Of a stretch of DNA of 64,000 nucleotides, positions 1 to 21,560 are shown piece by piece; position 1 is the first letter of the stretch, and each line of letters begins with the position of its first letter. The notes beneath the pieces are model-generated. The model did not search any database, was not told the origin of the DNA, and saw only the letters and a program-made list of their open reading frames with translations. The DNA comes from Paraspadella gotoi (Eukaryota; Animalia; Chaetognatha). Both the position numbers and the translations under genes were made by a program. The stretch is from NCBI GenBank assembly GCA_051294375.1, contig CM119268.1, positions 12,655,770-12,719,769 on the forward strand, in the 5' to 3' direction.

Positions 1-126
1 TATTTGTATTTGCATACAAATCATTCATACTACATTTCAATAAATTTGGTCCAGTAATTTTTTCGGAACGTGTTCTGGTCACAAAAAACGGGTACCTCAT
101 TTTATTTTATAATATGAAGACTTCTG
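1..126. mobile_element. Right arm of a MITE of the same family as 787-1506 (cut by the window edge)
   Basis: TTCTGGTCACAAAAAA..GGGTAC...TTTTATAATATGAAG(A)CTTCTG|TA matches the right terminus of the element at ~1450-1508. Confidence 0.7.
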
Positions 127-156
127 TATTCATTCAAATGGAGTAGTAGCTCATAC

Positions 157-744
157 TTCTCCCGTCGAATGCGATAGAGTCTCCTGGCGAAGCCTTTGAC
201 GCCCTCGGGATGCTGTTCGTTGCGCGTCTCCTCCAAACGGAGAAAAACAAGGGCGGATTTGGCGAGAGGATCGCGGACGGCGTCGCGGACAATCTCGTGG
301 CGAAGCGAGTCCGTGAGAGAAGGATTTGGGAAGCGGGAAGGAGGCGAAGACCGAAACCACCCAACAATATCCTCTTGAGAAAAAAAAAATATCCATTCAT
401 GAGTTAACAGAGGTCGCAAGGAAGGGAAGGGAAGGATGCAAGGACAGACAGAGGGGCGTTATCGCAAGACCATTTTATAAAAGTCCGTCGGACAAAAGAC
501 TGACAAAGACTATGGGAGGCCGCGACAAAAAAATTTATGAAAGAGAAAAAGAAAAAGATGAAGACGAAATATGTAAAGTAATATAAAGCAGAAATGAATG
601 ATGAAGAAAAAAATACGAACCGACTTGACAAATCCAGGAGGAATTCCCTCTCGCTGCTAACAAGATTCCATCCTCGTCCTCCACTGCATTGCCCACCTGA
701 AGAACAAGATTATATTTAAAGGTCGAGAAAATTTCAACTAAAGT
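157..744 (-). CDS. Exons of a probable MPN-domain Abraxas/ABRO1-like gene (partial; continues off the left edge)
   Basis: Exon 744-625 (AG/GT, 40 codons: TLVEIFSTFKYNLVLQVGNAVEDEDGILL...) and exon 373-157 (EDIVGWFRSS...PSLTDSLRHEIV...LVFLRLEE...RLYRI) resemble the DxEGFLL, VIGWYR and LVFLL blocks of Abraxas proteins. A middle exon near 450-509 could not be phased. Possible ATG-only first exon at 7616-7618. Confidence 0.45.
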
Positions 745-786
745 CTGAATAAAATTGAATCTCATCGAAGATATTGTGACGGTATA

Positions 787-1506
787 CAGAAGGCTTCATA
801 TTATAAAATGTGGTATCTATGGCAACGGGAGGATAGCCTGTGATACCCGGGGCGCGGGTATCTCACCACAGTACCCCTTTTTTGTGACCAAAACACGTTC
901 CGAGAAAACTACTGAATAGAATTTAATGAAATTTTGCATGCGGAGTACCAGTAGTGATACAAATGGAACTATCGAGGCGAATTTTTACATTCCACCCCTA
1001 AGCTGAGATAAGGGGCCCTGAGGGGGCAGCCCTGAGGGCCACAAATGGTCAGAAGTTTACTCTTCCACAAAAACATATTTTTTCCCCAAAAATATTCATT
1101 TACCTTAATTTTTAGCTTTATGAACATCAGCAGTTAAAGTCAGATTTGGAATAATTTGGGAAAATTGGAAGTAAAACGATGACCATGCTTAATTATTGCA
1201 AATTTATCAATTTTAGTTCTAAAATGTTTTTTTTCTTATGTTTAAAACGTCAATTACCTGATGCTACTAAAAAAATTTGAAAAATAAAAAAAAATTTTTT
1301 AGCATTTTTTTGGCCCCACAGGGGTCCACCCCCAGGCCCTGTATCTTTTGTCAGGGGTTGAATATAAAAATTCGCCTCGATAGTTCCATTTATATCGTCA
1401 TTAGCACTCTAAATGTAAAATTTCATTAAAATTCTATCGGGTAGTTTGGTGGAACAGATTCTGGTCACAAAAAAGGGTACTAAATTTTATAATATGAAGC
1501 CTTCTG
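787..1506. mobile_element. MITE with long (~250 bp) imperfect terminal inverted repeats, Tc1/mariner-type ends
   Basis: TA|CAGAAGGCTTCATATTATAAAAT at 785-809 is inverted as ATTTTATAATATGAAGCCTTCTG|TA ending at 1508. Inner arms also pair (AATGGAACTATCGAGGCGAATTTTTA / TAAAAATTCGCCTCGATAGTTCCATT). TA TSD, no ORF. Confidence 0.8.
818..868 (-). mobile_element. 51-bp 3' fragment of a subfamily A TRIM LTR inside the MITE arm
   Basis: TATGGCAACGGGAGGATAGCCTGTGATACCCGGGGCGCGGGTATCTCACCA is the reverse complement of the LTR end at ~55923-55974, one G shorter. Confidence 0.85.
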
Positions 1507-1520
1507 TATTCAGTTATATT

Positions 1521-2113
1521 TGTGGCGAATGACTTGTAGGCATCAAAGACGGCGCCGAAGAGTTGCGTCAATTTGCCACGTCAGCTGGCGCTGCAGATGA
1601 GTTCGTTAATAATAGCTTAATTGCTATAATAAAAGTTTCCAGGACAAAGTCTTATTTTGTTCAACTTAAAATGGTGACCTTAATAAAATAATCAAAGCAT
1701 ATAGATATTCACTGCTTTTACTATCAAGCAATTACAATATCTATATGCAACAACAAAATGGTAGAATAATTCATTAACAATAATATAAGACAATAAACTA
1801 CATGGAACCAAAATAGATTAACAATAGAGAGTCTTGTGAAGAAGTAAAGAATTGACTTTGGTAAGTTACTGTTATTAGTAAGCACAATACTACTACTAGT
1901 TCAACCTGTAGGAGTTGATTAACAGTGTTCATTTGTTTTACTAGTATGCTAGAATCATAAGTAATAAGTTGGAATATCTATATTGTAAGATGCCGCCGTG
2001 GCGACATTGGTAAGGATGACGAGAGCGACGCAAACAACTCGGGATCGAATCCCGATGGTAACTCTTTTATTATTTATGATTAGAGATTGAAGAAAGAGAG
2101 GTTGAAACCTACA
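1521..2113 (-). repeat. 3' LTR of the Gypsy element
   Basis: Direct repeat of 6794-7389. On the minus strand it reads TGTAGG...CGCCACA and is preceded by the PPT AGGGGGGGAA (~2114-2123). Confidence 0.95.
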
Positions 2114-5100
2114 TTCCCCCCCTGACGAGTTGACGGAAGGAGACGAGGAGCTTGAGGAGTCACTCTCACGGTTGGGCTCTTCTTGATCCATCTGTTGAGA
2201 AAGGAGGTGCTGGAGTACCGCGTTGTAGTCCGGTCTCGCGAGTGCGTTGGCGCCAACTCGAGATGAAGAATCCGTGGGCGTGGCCGGAAGTAGTGCGGCG
2301 TCATTCTCTACAGCAATGTGATTGGTCTCGGGCGCTGGCGCTGACGCTCGTTGGCGCGCGGTTCTAGAGCGAGTCTGGATGGATGATGGGGGCAGATTTC
2401 GGGTTCTCTGCCTCGGACGACGACCCGGAGGTGGCGGCGATCTTGGGACGTGTCTCTCTGGCGGGGCGTCGTCGCCGATTTCGTCATCCCAGACGTTTGC
2501 CGGCTTAATTCGGGAAATGGCTATGACTTGAGGTCCTCTTCCAGGCATTTCGATTTTAAAGTTTAAATTGTCGCGGGAAATCACTTTGAAGGGACCCTCA
2601 TATGGTGCGGTGAGTGGCGGATTCACTCCGCCGCGCCTAACGAAAACATGAGAGGCGGTGGAGAGGGTGTCTGGCATGTGGACCCGAGGGAGGCGGTGAC
2701 TGCTTGTCGGCGCAGGTTGGAGTCTCTCTACCTCGAGGCGTAATTCGTCGCGAAGTCGACGTCGGGCTTCGGCCTCGGCTCCGGTTGAAGGTGCGGCGCT
2801 CAAAAGGGCGCCGGGGACCGCAAGGGCGTCACCGTAGACCAGTTGGGCGGGAGAAGCGTCGACGTCTGGTTTTACCGTTGTTCTTATTGCCAGGAGGGCC
2901 GAAGGAAGGCGCCAAAACCATTTTTCCGGCTCATCATGGCCGAGGGCAATTAGGGCCTCCTTGAGCCGCCTATGGAACCTTTCGACAAGGCCGTTCGACT
3001 CCGGATGGTAGGCGGCTGTGAGGTGTAATTCACAATTCCAAGACTTGGCCAATTGGCGCCATATGGTCGATGAGAACTGTGAACCTCGATCGGTCGTAAT
3101 TTCGGCAGGGACTCCAAAAGAGGCAACCCAGTTATGGGCGAAGGCGTCCGCGACGGTTGTGGCGCTGATGTCTTTTATTGGGACAGCAATGGGCCAGCGT
3201 GTGAACCTGTCCACCGCGGTTAAAAGGTACCGGAAACCATTCGACACGGGCATCACAACTAAGTCGACGTGGATGTGATGGAAACGGCGTGGCGGAACGA
3301 CAAAATCTCCGATCTCGGGGACGACATGGCGCGTTACTTTGGCTCTCTGGCAGGGGATGCATTCCCTCGCCCACCTTGTGACGTCCGCTCGCATCGTTGG
3401 CCAAACAAACTTTTCTGCAACTGCTTCGCGTGTGCGGGCGACGCCGGGATGGCCTAAGCCATGTATTGTCTCGAAAACTTTTCGTCTCCAAGCCTCAGGG
3501 ACGAAAGGTCGCGCGGGGCCGTTTGAGATGTCAACCATTATCGTTGTCTCTCCCAACTTGACCTTACGGAAGTGAAGGCCGGTGGAGGCACTTTGGAGGA
3601 GTTGACGGAAATCGCGGTCCAGAGGTTGTTGCCGCGCCATTTCCTGCAGGTCGATTCCCTGATGTTCGATCGCGGCAACGACCATCGAGAGTTGTTCGGC
3701 CTTTTGGTCATCGAGGGGTTTGTCGACCACAGAATTTGTCGGCGCCGGAAGCTGGTTTGGACGGGAGAGGGCGTCGGCGACCACATTTGCCTTCCCCTCC
3801 ACATGACGGATGTCGGTAGTATATTCTGCGATTACTGACAGTTGAAAGGTTTGACGCGCTGTTTGTGGCTCGCTTTTTTTGTGGAGGGCATGAATGAGGC
3901 TCATGTGGTCCGTGTAGAGGACAAAGGTACGACCTTCGAGCCATGGGCGAAAATGGCGGACTGCACGGAAAGCGCCATAGAGCTCCCTATCAAATGGTGG
4001 CCACTTTCTCTGTGAGTCGTTGAGCTTGGCTGAAAAGAAGGCCAGAGGCTCCCAACCCTGCTTGCCTCGCTGTTCTAGTACAGCACCGACGGCGTGGTCA
4101 GATGCATCCGTCGTTAAGGAGAGGGAGGCGCCTGTGATTGGATGCCGGAGTAAGACGGCGTTGGCTAGGGCCTCCTTCACTGCTTCAAACCCGCCTTGGC
4201 ATGCTGGCGTCCAGTTGAGGCGCTTTGGCTTCCCCTGTAGGGCATCATAGAGAGGGGCAGCATGGTGCGCCACTCGAGGGATAAATCGGCGGTAATAGTT
4301 TACCATGCCGAGAAATCGTTGGAGTTCCTTCACTGTCGTTGGAGGCGTGGTCTGCCTGAGCGCGTCGACTCGCTGCGGTAGTGGCCTGACGCCAGAGGCG
4401 TCGACGAAATAGCCAAGGAACTCGAGGGACTCTTTTCCTAACAGGCACTTTTTCCTGTTGACCACAAGGCCATTGTCGGAAAGGGCGCGGAAAACGTCTT
4501 CCAGATCCTGGAGGTGTTGCTCTTCGGTCTCACTGGCGACGAGAATATCATCGAGATATACGTAGACGCGAGGGAGATCTCCCAGGATCTCATCCATTAA
4601 ACGCTGGAAATCCTGGCCTGCGTTCTTGAGTCCAAATGGCGTCCTGAGGAAGACATAAAGGCCGAAAGGGGTAATGACGGCCGTCTTGGGCACGTCCTCA
4701 GTCGCAACGGGTATCTGATGATAACCCTTCAGCAGGTCTATTTTGGAAAAAATCTTTTTCCCGGCCAGTTCGGCGTTAAAGTCGGCGAGGAGCTTTACCG
4801 GATATCTGTCGGGAATGGTTTGAGCGTTCAACTGGCGGTAGTCGCCGCAAACTCTCCAGTTCCCATCTCCTTTGGGGACGCAGTGCAAAGGAGAGGACCA
4901 AGGGCTTTTTGCCCTGACTGCTACGCCCAGTTCGACCATCCGGTCCAATTCTGCTTTCGCCACGGCTAATTTTTCAGGCGATAGTCGACGAGCCCTTGCT
5001 TGGCATGGGCGCCCCTGCGTGGGGATGTAATGTCGTACGCCGTGCTTCGGCTCCTTGATTTCAAATGTCGGAGTCGATAGAGACGGGAAGTTGTCGAGGA

Positions 5101-5572
5101 GTTGGTAAAATTTGTCGCCGACTCGATCAACGAAATTTACGTGAGCTGGAGGATGACCAGCGGTTCTTGAGCAAGCAATTGTCGAGAAATCCTTCAGATC
5201 AAGCAGAATCCCCTCACGGTGGTTGGCGGCAAGGAAAAATTCTGCCAGGAAATCTGCTCCCAAGATGCTCTGGGTAACCTCAGCGACCAGGACTTCGAAA
5301 GGAAAACGGCGCGCACCCAAGGTGATGTTTCGTTCTATGGTGCCATAGCATGGAATTGCGGTGCCATTAGCGGCTTGCAATTGTGGGCCCAAGGGTCCAG
5401 CGGCGCGTTGTTCAGCCGTAGGGGGAATTAAAGAAACCATGGCGCCGCCATCAACCAACCAAGCTCTTCCGTCTGTGGCGTCGACAACGTGCAATAGGTA
5501 AGATTTTGTCGGTGAAGTTTTGAAACGGCGAGGGACGGCGTTCACCTGCGCCGGCTCGCCTCGCCGTTTCCC
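1955..5572 (-). CDS. pol: Pol polyprotein (protease, RT, RNase H, integrase), probably expressed by -1 frameshift
   Basis: ORF 1955-5659 contains LVDGGA and ILGADFL (PR), DYRQLN, PFGLKNA and YLDD (RT), TTDASD and TDH (RH), HGLGH...CIPC, VDL, TDRG and NGLVER (IN), and PYEGPF (GPY/F module). Confidence 0.96.
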   Translation of the reverse strand, partial: GKRRGEPAQVNAVPRRFKTSPTKSYLLHVVDATDGRAWLVDGGAMVSLIPPTAEQRAAGPLGPQLQAANGTAIPCYGTIERNITLGARRFPFEVLVAEVTQSILGADFLAEFFLAANHREGILLDLKDFSTIACSRTAGHPPAHVNFVDRVGDKFYQLLDNFPSLSTPTFEIKEPKHGVRHYIPTQGRPCQARARRLSPEKLAVAKAELDRMVELGVAVRAKSPWSSPLHCVPKGDGNWRVCGDYRQLNAQTIPDRYPVKLLADFNAELAGKKIFSKIDLLKGYHQIPVATEDVPKTAVITPFGLYVFLRTPFGLKNAGQDFQRLMDEILGDLPRVYVYLDDILVASETEEQHLQDLEDVFRALSDNGLVVNRKKCLLGKESLEFLGYFVDASGVRPLPQRVDALRQTTPPTTVKELQRFLGMVNYYRRFIPRVAHHAAPLYDALQGKPKRLNWTPACQGGFEAVKEALANAVLLRHPITGASLSLTTDASDHAVGAVLEQRGKQGWEPLAFFSAKLNDSQRKWPPFDRELYGAFRAVRHFRPWLEGRTFVLYTDHMSLIHALHKKSEPQTARQTFQLSVIAEYTTDIRHVEGKANVVADALSRPNQLPAPTNSVVDKPLDDQKAEQLSMVVAAIEHQGIDLQEMARQQPLDRDFRQLLQSASTGLHFRKVKLGETTIMVDISNGPARPFVPEAWRRKVFETIHGLGHPGVARTREAVAEKFVWPTMRADVTRWARECIPCQRAKVTRHVVPEIGDFVVPPRRFHHIHVDLVVMPVSNGFRYLLTAVDRFTRWPIAVPIKDISATTVADAFAHNWVASFGVPAEITTDRGSQFSSTIWRQLAKSWNCELHLTAAYHPESNGLVERFHRRLKEALIALGHDEPEKWFWRLPSALLAIRTTVKPDVDASPAQLVYGDALAVPGALLSAAPSTGAEAEARRRLRDELRLEVERLQPAPTSSHRLPRVHMPDTLSTASHVFVRRGGVNPPLTAPYEGPFKVISRDNLNFKIEMPGRGPQVIAISRIKPANVWDDEIGDDAPPERHVPRSPPPPGRRPRQRTRNLPPSSIQTRSRTARQRASAPAPETNHIAVENDAALLPATPTDSSSRVGANALARPDYNAVLQHLLSQQMDQEEPNRESDSSSSSSPSVNSSGGECRFQPLFLQSLIINNKRVTIGIRSRVVCVALVILTNVATAASYNIDIPTYYL
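5526..5572 (-). promoter_or_regulatory. -1 ribosomal frameshift signal
   Basis: Heptamer G GGA AAC in the gag frame (5572-5566), followed by GGCGAGG...CCTCGCC and GGCG/CGCC stems. Pol is in the -1 frame relative to gag. Confidence 0.8.
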
Positions 5573-6669
5573 GCCTTGGTCGGGCGCTTTTCCTCGTAGC
5601 GGGCGCAGCCACGCTCGCATCGGTAAGCTTTGTCGCCGAATTTCAAATGAAAATGACAAATCGTCTTCAACCTTCCATTGGCGTTAGCCGCCTGTTTATT
5701 TGGGGCGGCGCTGTTGGCGCCGGCAGCGCCCCATGCGGGTCCCTGCCTGTTGGAAGGTTTGGCGCGATGCTCATGACGTTTGTTCACAGCATTGACTGTT
5801 TGCCATCTTTCCTCGTCGCTCGAGAGATCCTCGGCGGCATCGTCGACGATCAGGTTGACTGGCGCCGCCCTCTTTATTAGCGGTTGGCCAGTTTGGTCGA
5901 AATGTTTGTCGGCGGCGTCGGCGATTTGGGCCGCGGTTGACGACTCCGCTTTGTCGATCAGGTTAGCGCGGATATCGGGGGGCAGGCCGCGGAGGACCAG
6001 TTCCTTCCTCAGATCGTCGATGGAAACTGTCGCGGTCTTGTCGACGATTCGCGCCAAGTGCTGCGAGGGTTTCAGATCGTCACGGCCGATTTTTCCATCG
6101 AGAAAAACCTCCGCCTGGCGGCGTTTAGTGGGGCCGTATTCGCGTCGGAGAAAAACAAGGAAGGCGGTCCAGCTGTCGGCGGTGGCGCTGCCAAAAAGGA
6201 ATGAGTTGATGCGCGGATCCGTGTCGACGGGGATTTTGGCTTCAAGAAAAGCGAATTTGTCTTTTGGGTCGAGAATGCGCGCGCGAGTGTAGGCCGATTC
6301 GACTCGTCGGATCCATATTTCGACGTTATCTTTGTCGAAAGCGGGAAGCTCTGGCTTCCGGGGCTTCTCCGACCGTGCAAGGGCGTCCTGCGCCGCTCGT
6401 GTCGCCGCCATGGCGGCGTCGAGCGCCGCGCGTAGGGCGTCCATCTCAGCCTGGGACGGTGGGGCCTCTGCCATTGCTGGATTGGCGTCCGTGTTCGCCG
6501 GTGGATATACAAAGACACTGGGCGTTGCTTGGCGCTGTGCTGGGGGCGCCGCGGTTTCCTCTTCGGCGTAAGTGGGAGATGGGGTGAGGCTTCTACGATT
6601 GTAGGTCTCCTCGAGGCGATTAAGATGGGCCGAGGAGCGAGTGATGGCGCCGCGTTGCCTCTGATTCAT
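5542..6669 (-). CDS. gag: Gag (375 aa)
   Basis: ORF between PBS and pol with LPAFDKDNVEIW and KPSQ capsid-type motifs and a C-x2-H-x9-C-x3-C knuckle (CHFHLKFGDKAYRCERGC). Confidence 0.92.
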   Translation of the reverse strand: MNQRQRGAITRSSAHLNRLEETYNRRSLTPSPTYAEEETAAPPAQRQATPSVFVYPPANTDANPAMAEAPPSQAEMDALRAALDAAMAATRAAQDALARSEKPRKPELPAFDKDNVEIWIRRVESAYTRARILDPKDKFAFLEAKIPVDTDPRINSFLFGSATADSWTAFLVFLRREYGPTKRRQAEVFLDGKIGRDDLKPSQHLARIVDKTATVSIDDLRKELVLRGLPPDIRANLIDKAESSTAAQIADAADKHFDQTGQPLIKRAAPVNLIVDDAAEDLSSDEERWQTVNAVNKRHEHRAKPSNRQGPAWGAAGANSAAPNKQAANANGRLKTICHFHLKFGDKAYRCERGCARYEEKRPTKAGNGEASRRR

Positions 6670-6775
6670 TTGAATTTGTCTTAGGTCGTCACTTCCGGTG
6701 GCGAGCAGGCGCGTATCTAATGTTGACTCTTGAAGGTTGGCAGGCGCCTCACTAATCAGGGAGGCGCTATTTTCG

Positions 6776-6792
6776 ATGTCGGGATTTCACCA
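6776..6792 (-). promoter_or_regulatory. Primer-binding site, tRNA-Trp-like
   Basis: TGGTGAAATCCCGACAT lies 1 nt after the 5' LTR; imperfect match to the usual Trp PBS TGGTGACCCCGACGT. Confidence 0.7.
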
Positions 6793-6793
6793 A

Positions 6794-7389
6794 TGTGGCG
6801 AATTGACTTGTAGGCATCAAAAGATGGCGTCGAAGAGTTGCGTCAATTTGCCACGTCAGCTGGCGCTGAGATGAGTTCGTTAATAATAGCTTAATTGCTA
6901 TGATAAAAAAGTTTCCAGGAACAAAGTCTTATTTTGTTCAACTTAAAATGGTGACCTTAATAAAATAATCAAAGCATATAGATATTCACTGCTTTTACTA
7001 TCAAGCAATTACAATATCTATATGCAACAACAAAATGGTTAGAATAATTCATTAACAATAATATAAGACAATAAACTACATGGAACCAAAATAGATTAAC
7101 AATAGAGAGTCTTGTGAAGAAGTAAAGAATTGACTTTGGTAAGTTACTGTTATTAGTAAGCACAATACTACTACTAGTTCAACCTGTAGGAGTTGATTAA
7201 CAGTGTTCATTTGTTTTACTAGTATGCTAGAATCATAAGTAATAAGTTGGAATATCTATATTGTAAGATGCGCCGTGGCGACATTGGTAGGATGGCGAGA
7301 GCGACGCAAACAACTCGGGATCGAATCCCGATGGTAACTCTTTTATTATTTATGATTAGAGATTGAAGAAAGAGAGGTTGAAACCTACA
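6794..7389 (-). repeat. 5' LTR of the Gypsy element
   Basis: Direct repeat of 1521-2113, differing mostly by single-base indels and a few transitions. Confidence 0.95.
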
Positions 7390-8411
7390 AACTAACATAT
7401 AACGATAATTAATGTCTCTTCAGTTTACGATTAAAAAATTAGACGAAGACCAAGTTTTTTCACAGTTGATTACTTTGATTTGTTTAAATATTAAAACGTG
7501 GGTCGACCGATTGAATAACGGACAATAAAGAGTAATCCTTTATTTGCCTTCCAGTTGCGTTAAGGATAAAACCTAGCTATCGATGACTGTCTAGCGGAAC
7601 CTCACCTCACCTTACCATTTATTTTTTTCCCGCGGATAGCGGTCGTCAAACCGTCCGCGTCTCTTATCACCATTAACATCCGGTTCGGCGTCGTCGGAGT
7701 CCAGTTTGGCGGCGACGCCGCCCATCACCATCGCGTCGTTTTTTTTTAGTTTTATCTCGGCGTCTGCCGTTCTTTTCTATCTGCCAGCTACTGGAGGCTG
7801 GACCTAGGTATCGGGGAAAGGAGAGATTTTTGCCCCCCAATTTTTTTTTTTCGCTGATTAGAAATTAATATTCAAAATTATATTGATAGCGATCCAACTT
7901 GATGCATACTCCGTGACCTGGCATGCTCAATCTTGTTGAGCCGTGCCCTTTCTCCTTCAAATTCGTGGCCTTCGTTCGTCGCCGCGTCATCATGCGCAAC
8001 TCGTGGATCAAGATACTGGCGCAAAGAGCGAATTAATTAGCATTATTTGATTTGGCTGCCTACTTGTTAGATGATGTAATTATTCTTTACGGCGAGTATA
8101 TCCATATGGCGATCGTGCGATGGCAATTTTAGTTCTACCATACCGTATTATAATTTCATATCGTAACACATTGTAGACGATTTCGTCCCACTGTGCAAGC
8201 AGTCATCGCACCGAAGAAAATTATCAAAGCCATCAGGTGAGTTCGGCTCTCTGCAAATCGTTTGTAAAACTTTCTTCCGTTGTCGAATCGGCTCTCTGTT
8301 TTATCTTCACTGTCTTCACAGTCCACCTCTCAGGTCCTTTCACATCGAGCGTGAGATTTCGCTGGAGACGAGGCGTCGCTTTCGAATCTCCCGACTGCCA
8401 TCTCGTTGAAC

Positions 8412-9269
8412 ATGGTGAAGGAAGAGGAGAGGCCTTTGGCGACAAGGTGAGTGGCATTTTAAATGTTGGATCTGATAACGATCGAGAATTGAAGTTCCGT
8501 ACGCAAAGACGATGTTAACAAAATAGTTTTTTTTATAAAAAATCAATAACTTCAAATAACCGCAGATCTCTATTAAAATATATATTATATATACTTTGTC
8601 CGATTTTAATGTTTTATGTATTATAGATTTAAGGAATGACTATACTATATTGATCATAAATCTAATTAAAATTTATTTCCAGAGACAAAGTCGTTCGCAA
8701 GCTGGAATGGAGCAGCCTGCCCCGGAGACTCCAGGAAATGGTCGTCACTTTTCTGTTCATCTGTCTTTTTTACATCTGCGTTCATTTTTTGATCGGGATC
8801 ATCGTCTCGATCTTTTACGAGGTAAAAATGGAATTCGGTAGTCATTGATCTCGTTTGGATTCGTCATCCAGCGTCACCTTCGCAAAATTTTATTTTTAAA
8901 AGGAACAATAGTTATAATGAATAGTTATGAAATAAATCGTCGTTCAGACTGTACAACTTTTGCTATGTCTCAACCTTCATTTTAAATAGCGACACTTTTT
9001 TTCTTCTTTCTCTTAAAACTACAGTTTATGTCTCCTTCTCCCCTCCTTAAGACCTTAGGCTTAGGACTACAAACTGTACAAAGGTTAAAATTTCAACTTG
9101 TTTCTCTTCCCAGGAATGGCCCTTCACCGGCATAAGGTGGATCGTCTTCTTCGTGGACATGTGCGTCCCCGTCTACTGCGGCGAAGACTTTTTCCTCTCG
9201 CTATTTGTCAAGAATAGGAGAATCGAAATGGTGGAGGAGTTGAGCCGAATTTGCGGCAGAGCCCAGTAA
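8412..9269 (+). CDS. Small (109 aa) membrane protein of unknown function
   Basis: join(8412-8446, 8683-8821, 9114-9269) with GT-AG introns and consistent phases. MVKEEERPLATRDKVVRKLEW...VVTFLFICLFYICVHFLIGIIVSIFYEEWPFTGIRWIVFFVDMCVPVY...RAQ*. AATAAA at ~9332; upstream donors near 7807 and 8236 suggest UTR exons. Confidence 0.65.
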
Positions 9270-9758
9270 AAACCGCTGACATCAAAAGCCAACATGTCAA
9301 TATGACTATCATTCTTTTTCGTCTTGATTGAAATAAAAAGTTGGGACGGCGCAAACTTTCACTTGCGCCAAAGTGGAACACGAAAGTGATGATTCTGATT
9401 TCGAGAATTACGAACTACGAAAACATTTAATTATGAACCATGGTAACTCTGGGCTTTAAAGTTAAACCGGCATGTGGTCATCAACCCGGAAGGTCGTTTT
9501 GATTTGTATTCATTTGCGGCGCGTGGGACAGGGTTTTTTTTTTTTTTTTAGAGTCGCGAGTTTTATCGTTTGTTCTAAAGACCAAACAGACCGACCGACC
9601 AACCGTCACTTCATCTCAAACTGCGTTTTTCCGCCTCATGAGTTATACTTCAATCCCGTAGTTGGTCTTCTTATCGATTTTCCGATAAAAGGATTGGGTT
9701 TGCTTTGGCGAAAGAGCTTCCATTTTTTTATATCTTAAAAAGAGACGCTTTGATCGGT

Positions 9759-21560
<11,802 letters not shown>

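Larger units (their letters stand above)
1521..7389 (-). mobile_element. Full-length Ty3/Gypsy LTR retrotransposon, CsRN1-clade-like
   Basis: Two ~595-bp near-identical LTRs with TG...CA ends, PBS, PPT, open gag and pol. Domain order PR-RT-RH-IN; gag has a CHCC knuckle; PBS is tRNA-Trp-like. Confidence 0.97.

Noticed and set aside
5647-6587. Antisense ORFs over gag and pol
   Set aside because: Expected shadows of GC-rich coding sequence.
7920-7947. Hairpin GGCATGCTCAA/TTGAGCCGTGCC as a possible snoRNA or miRNA
   Set aside because: Too short, with no convincing C/D or H/ACA boxes.
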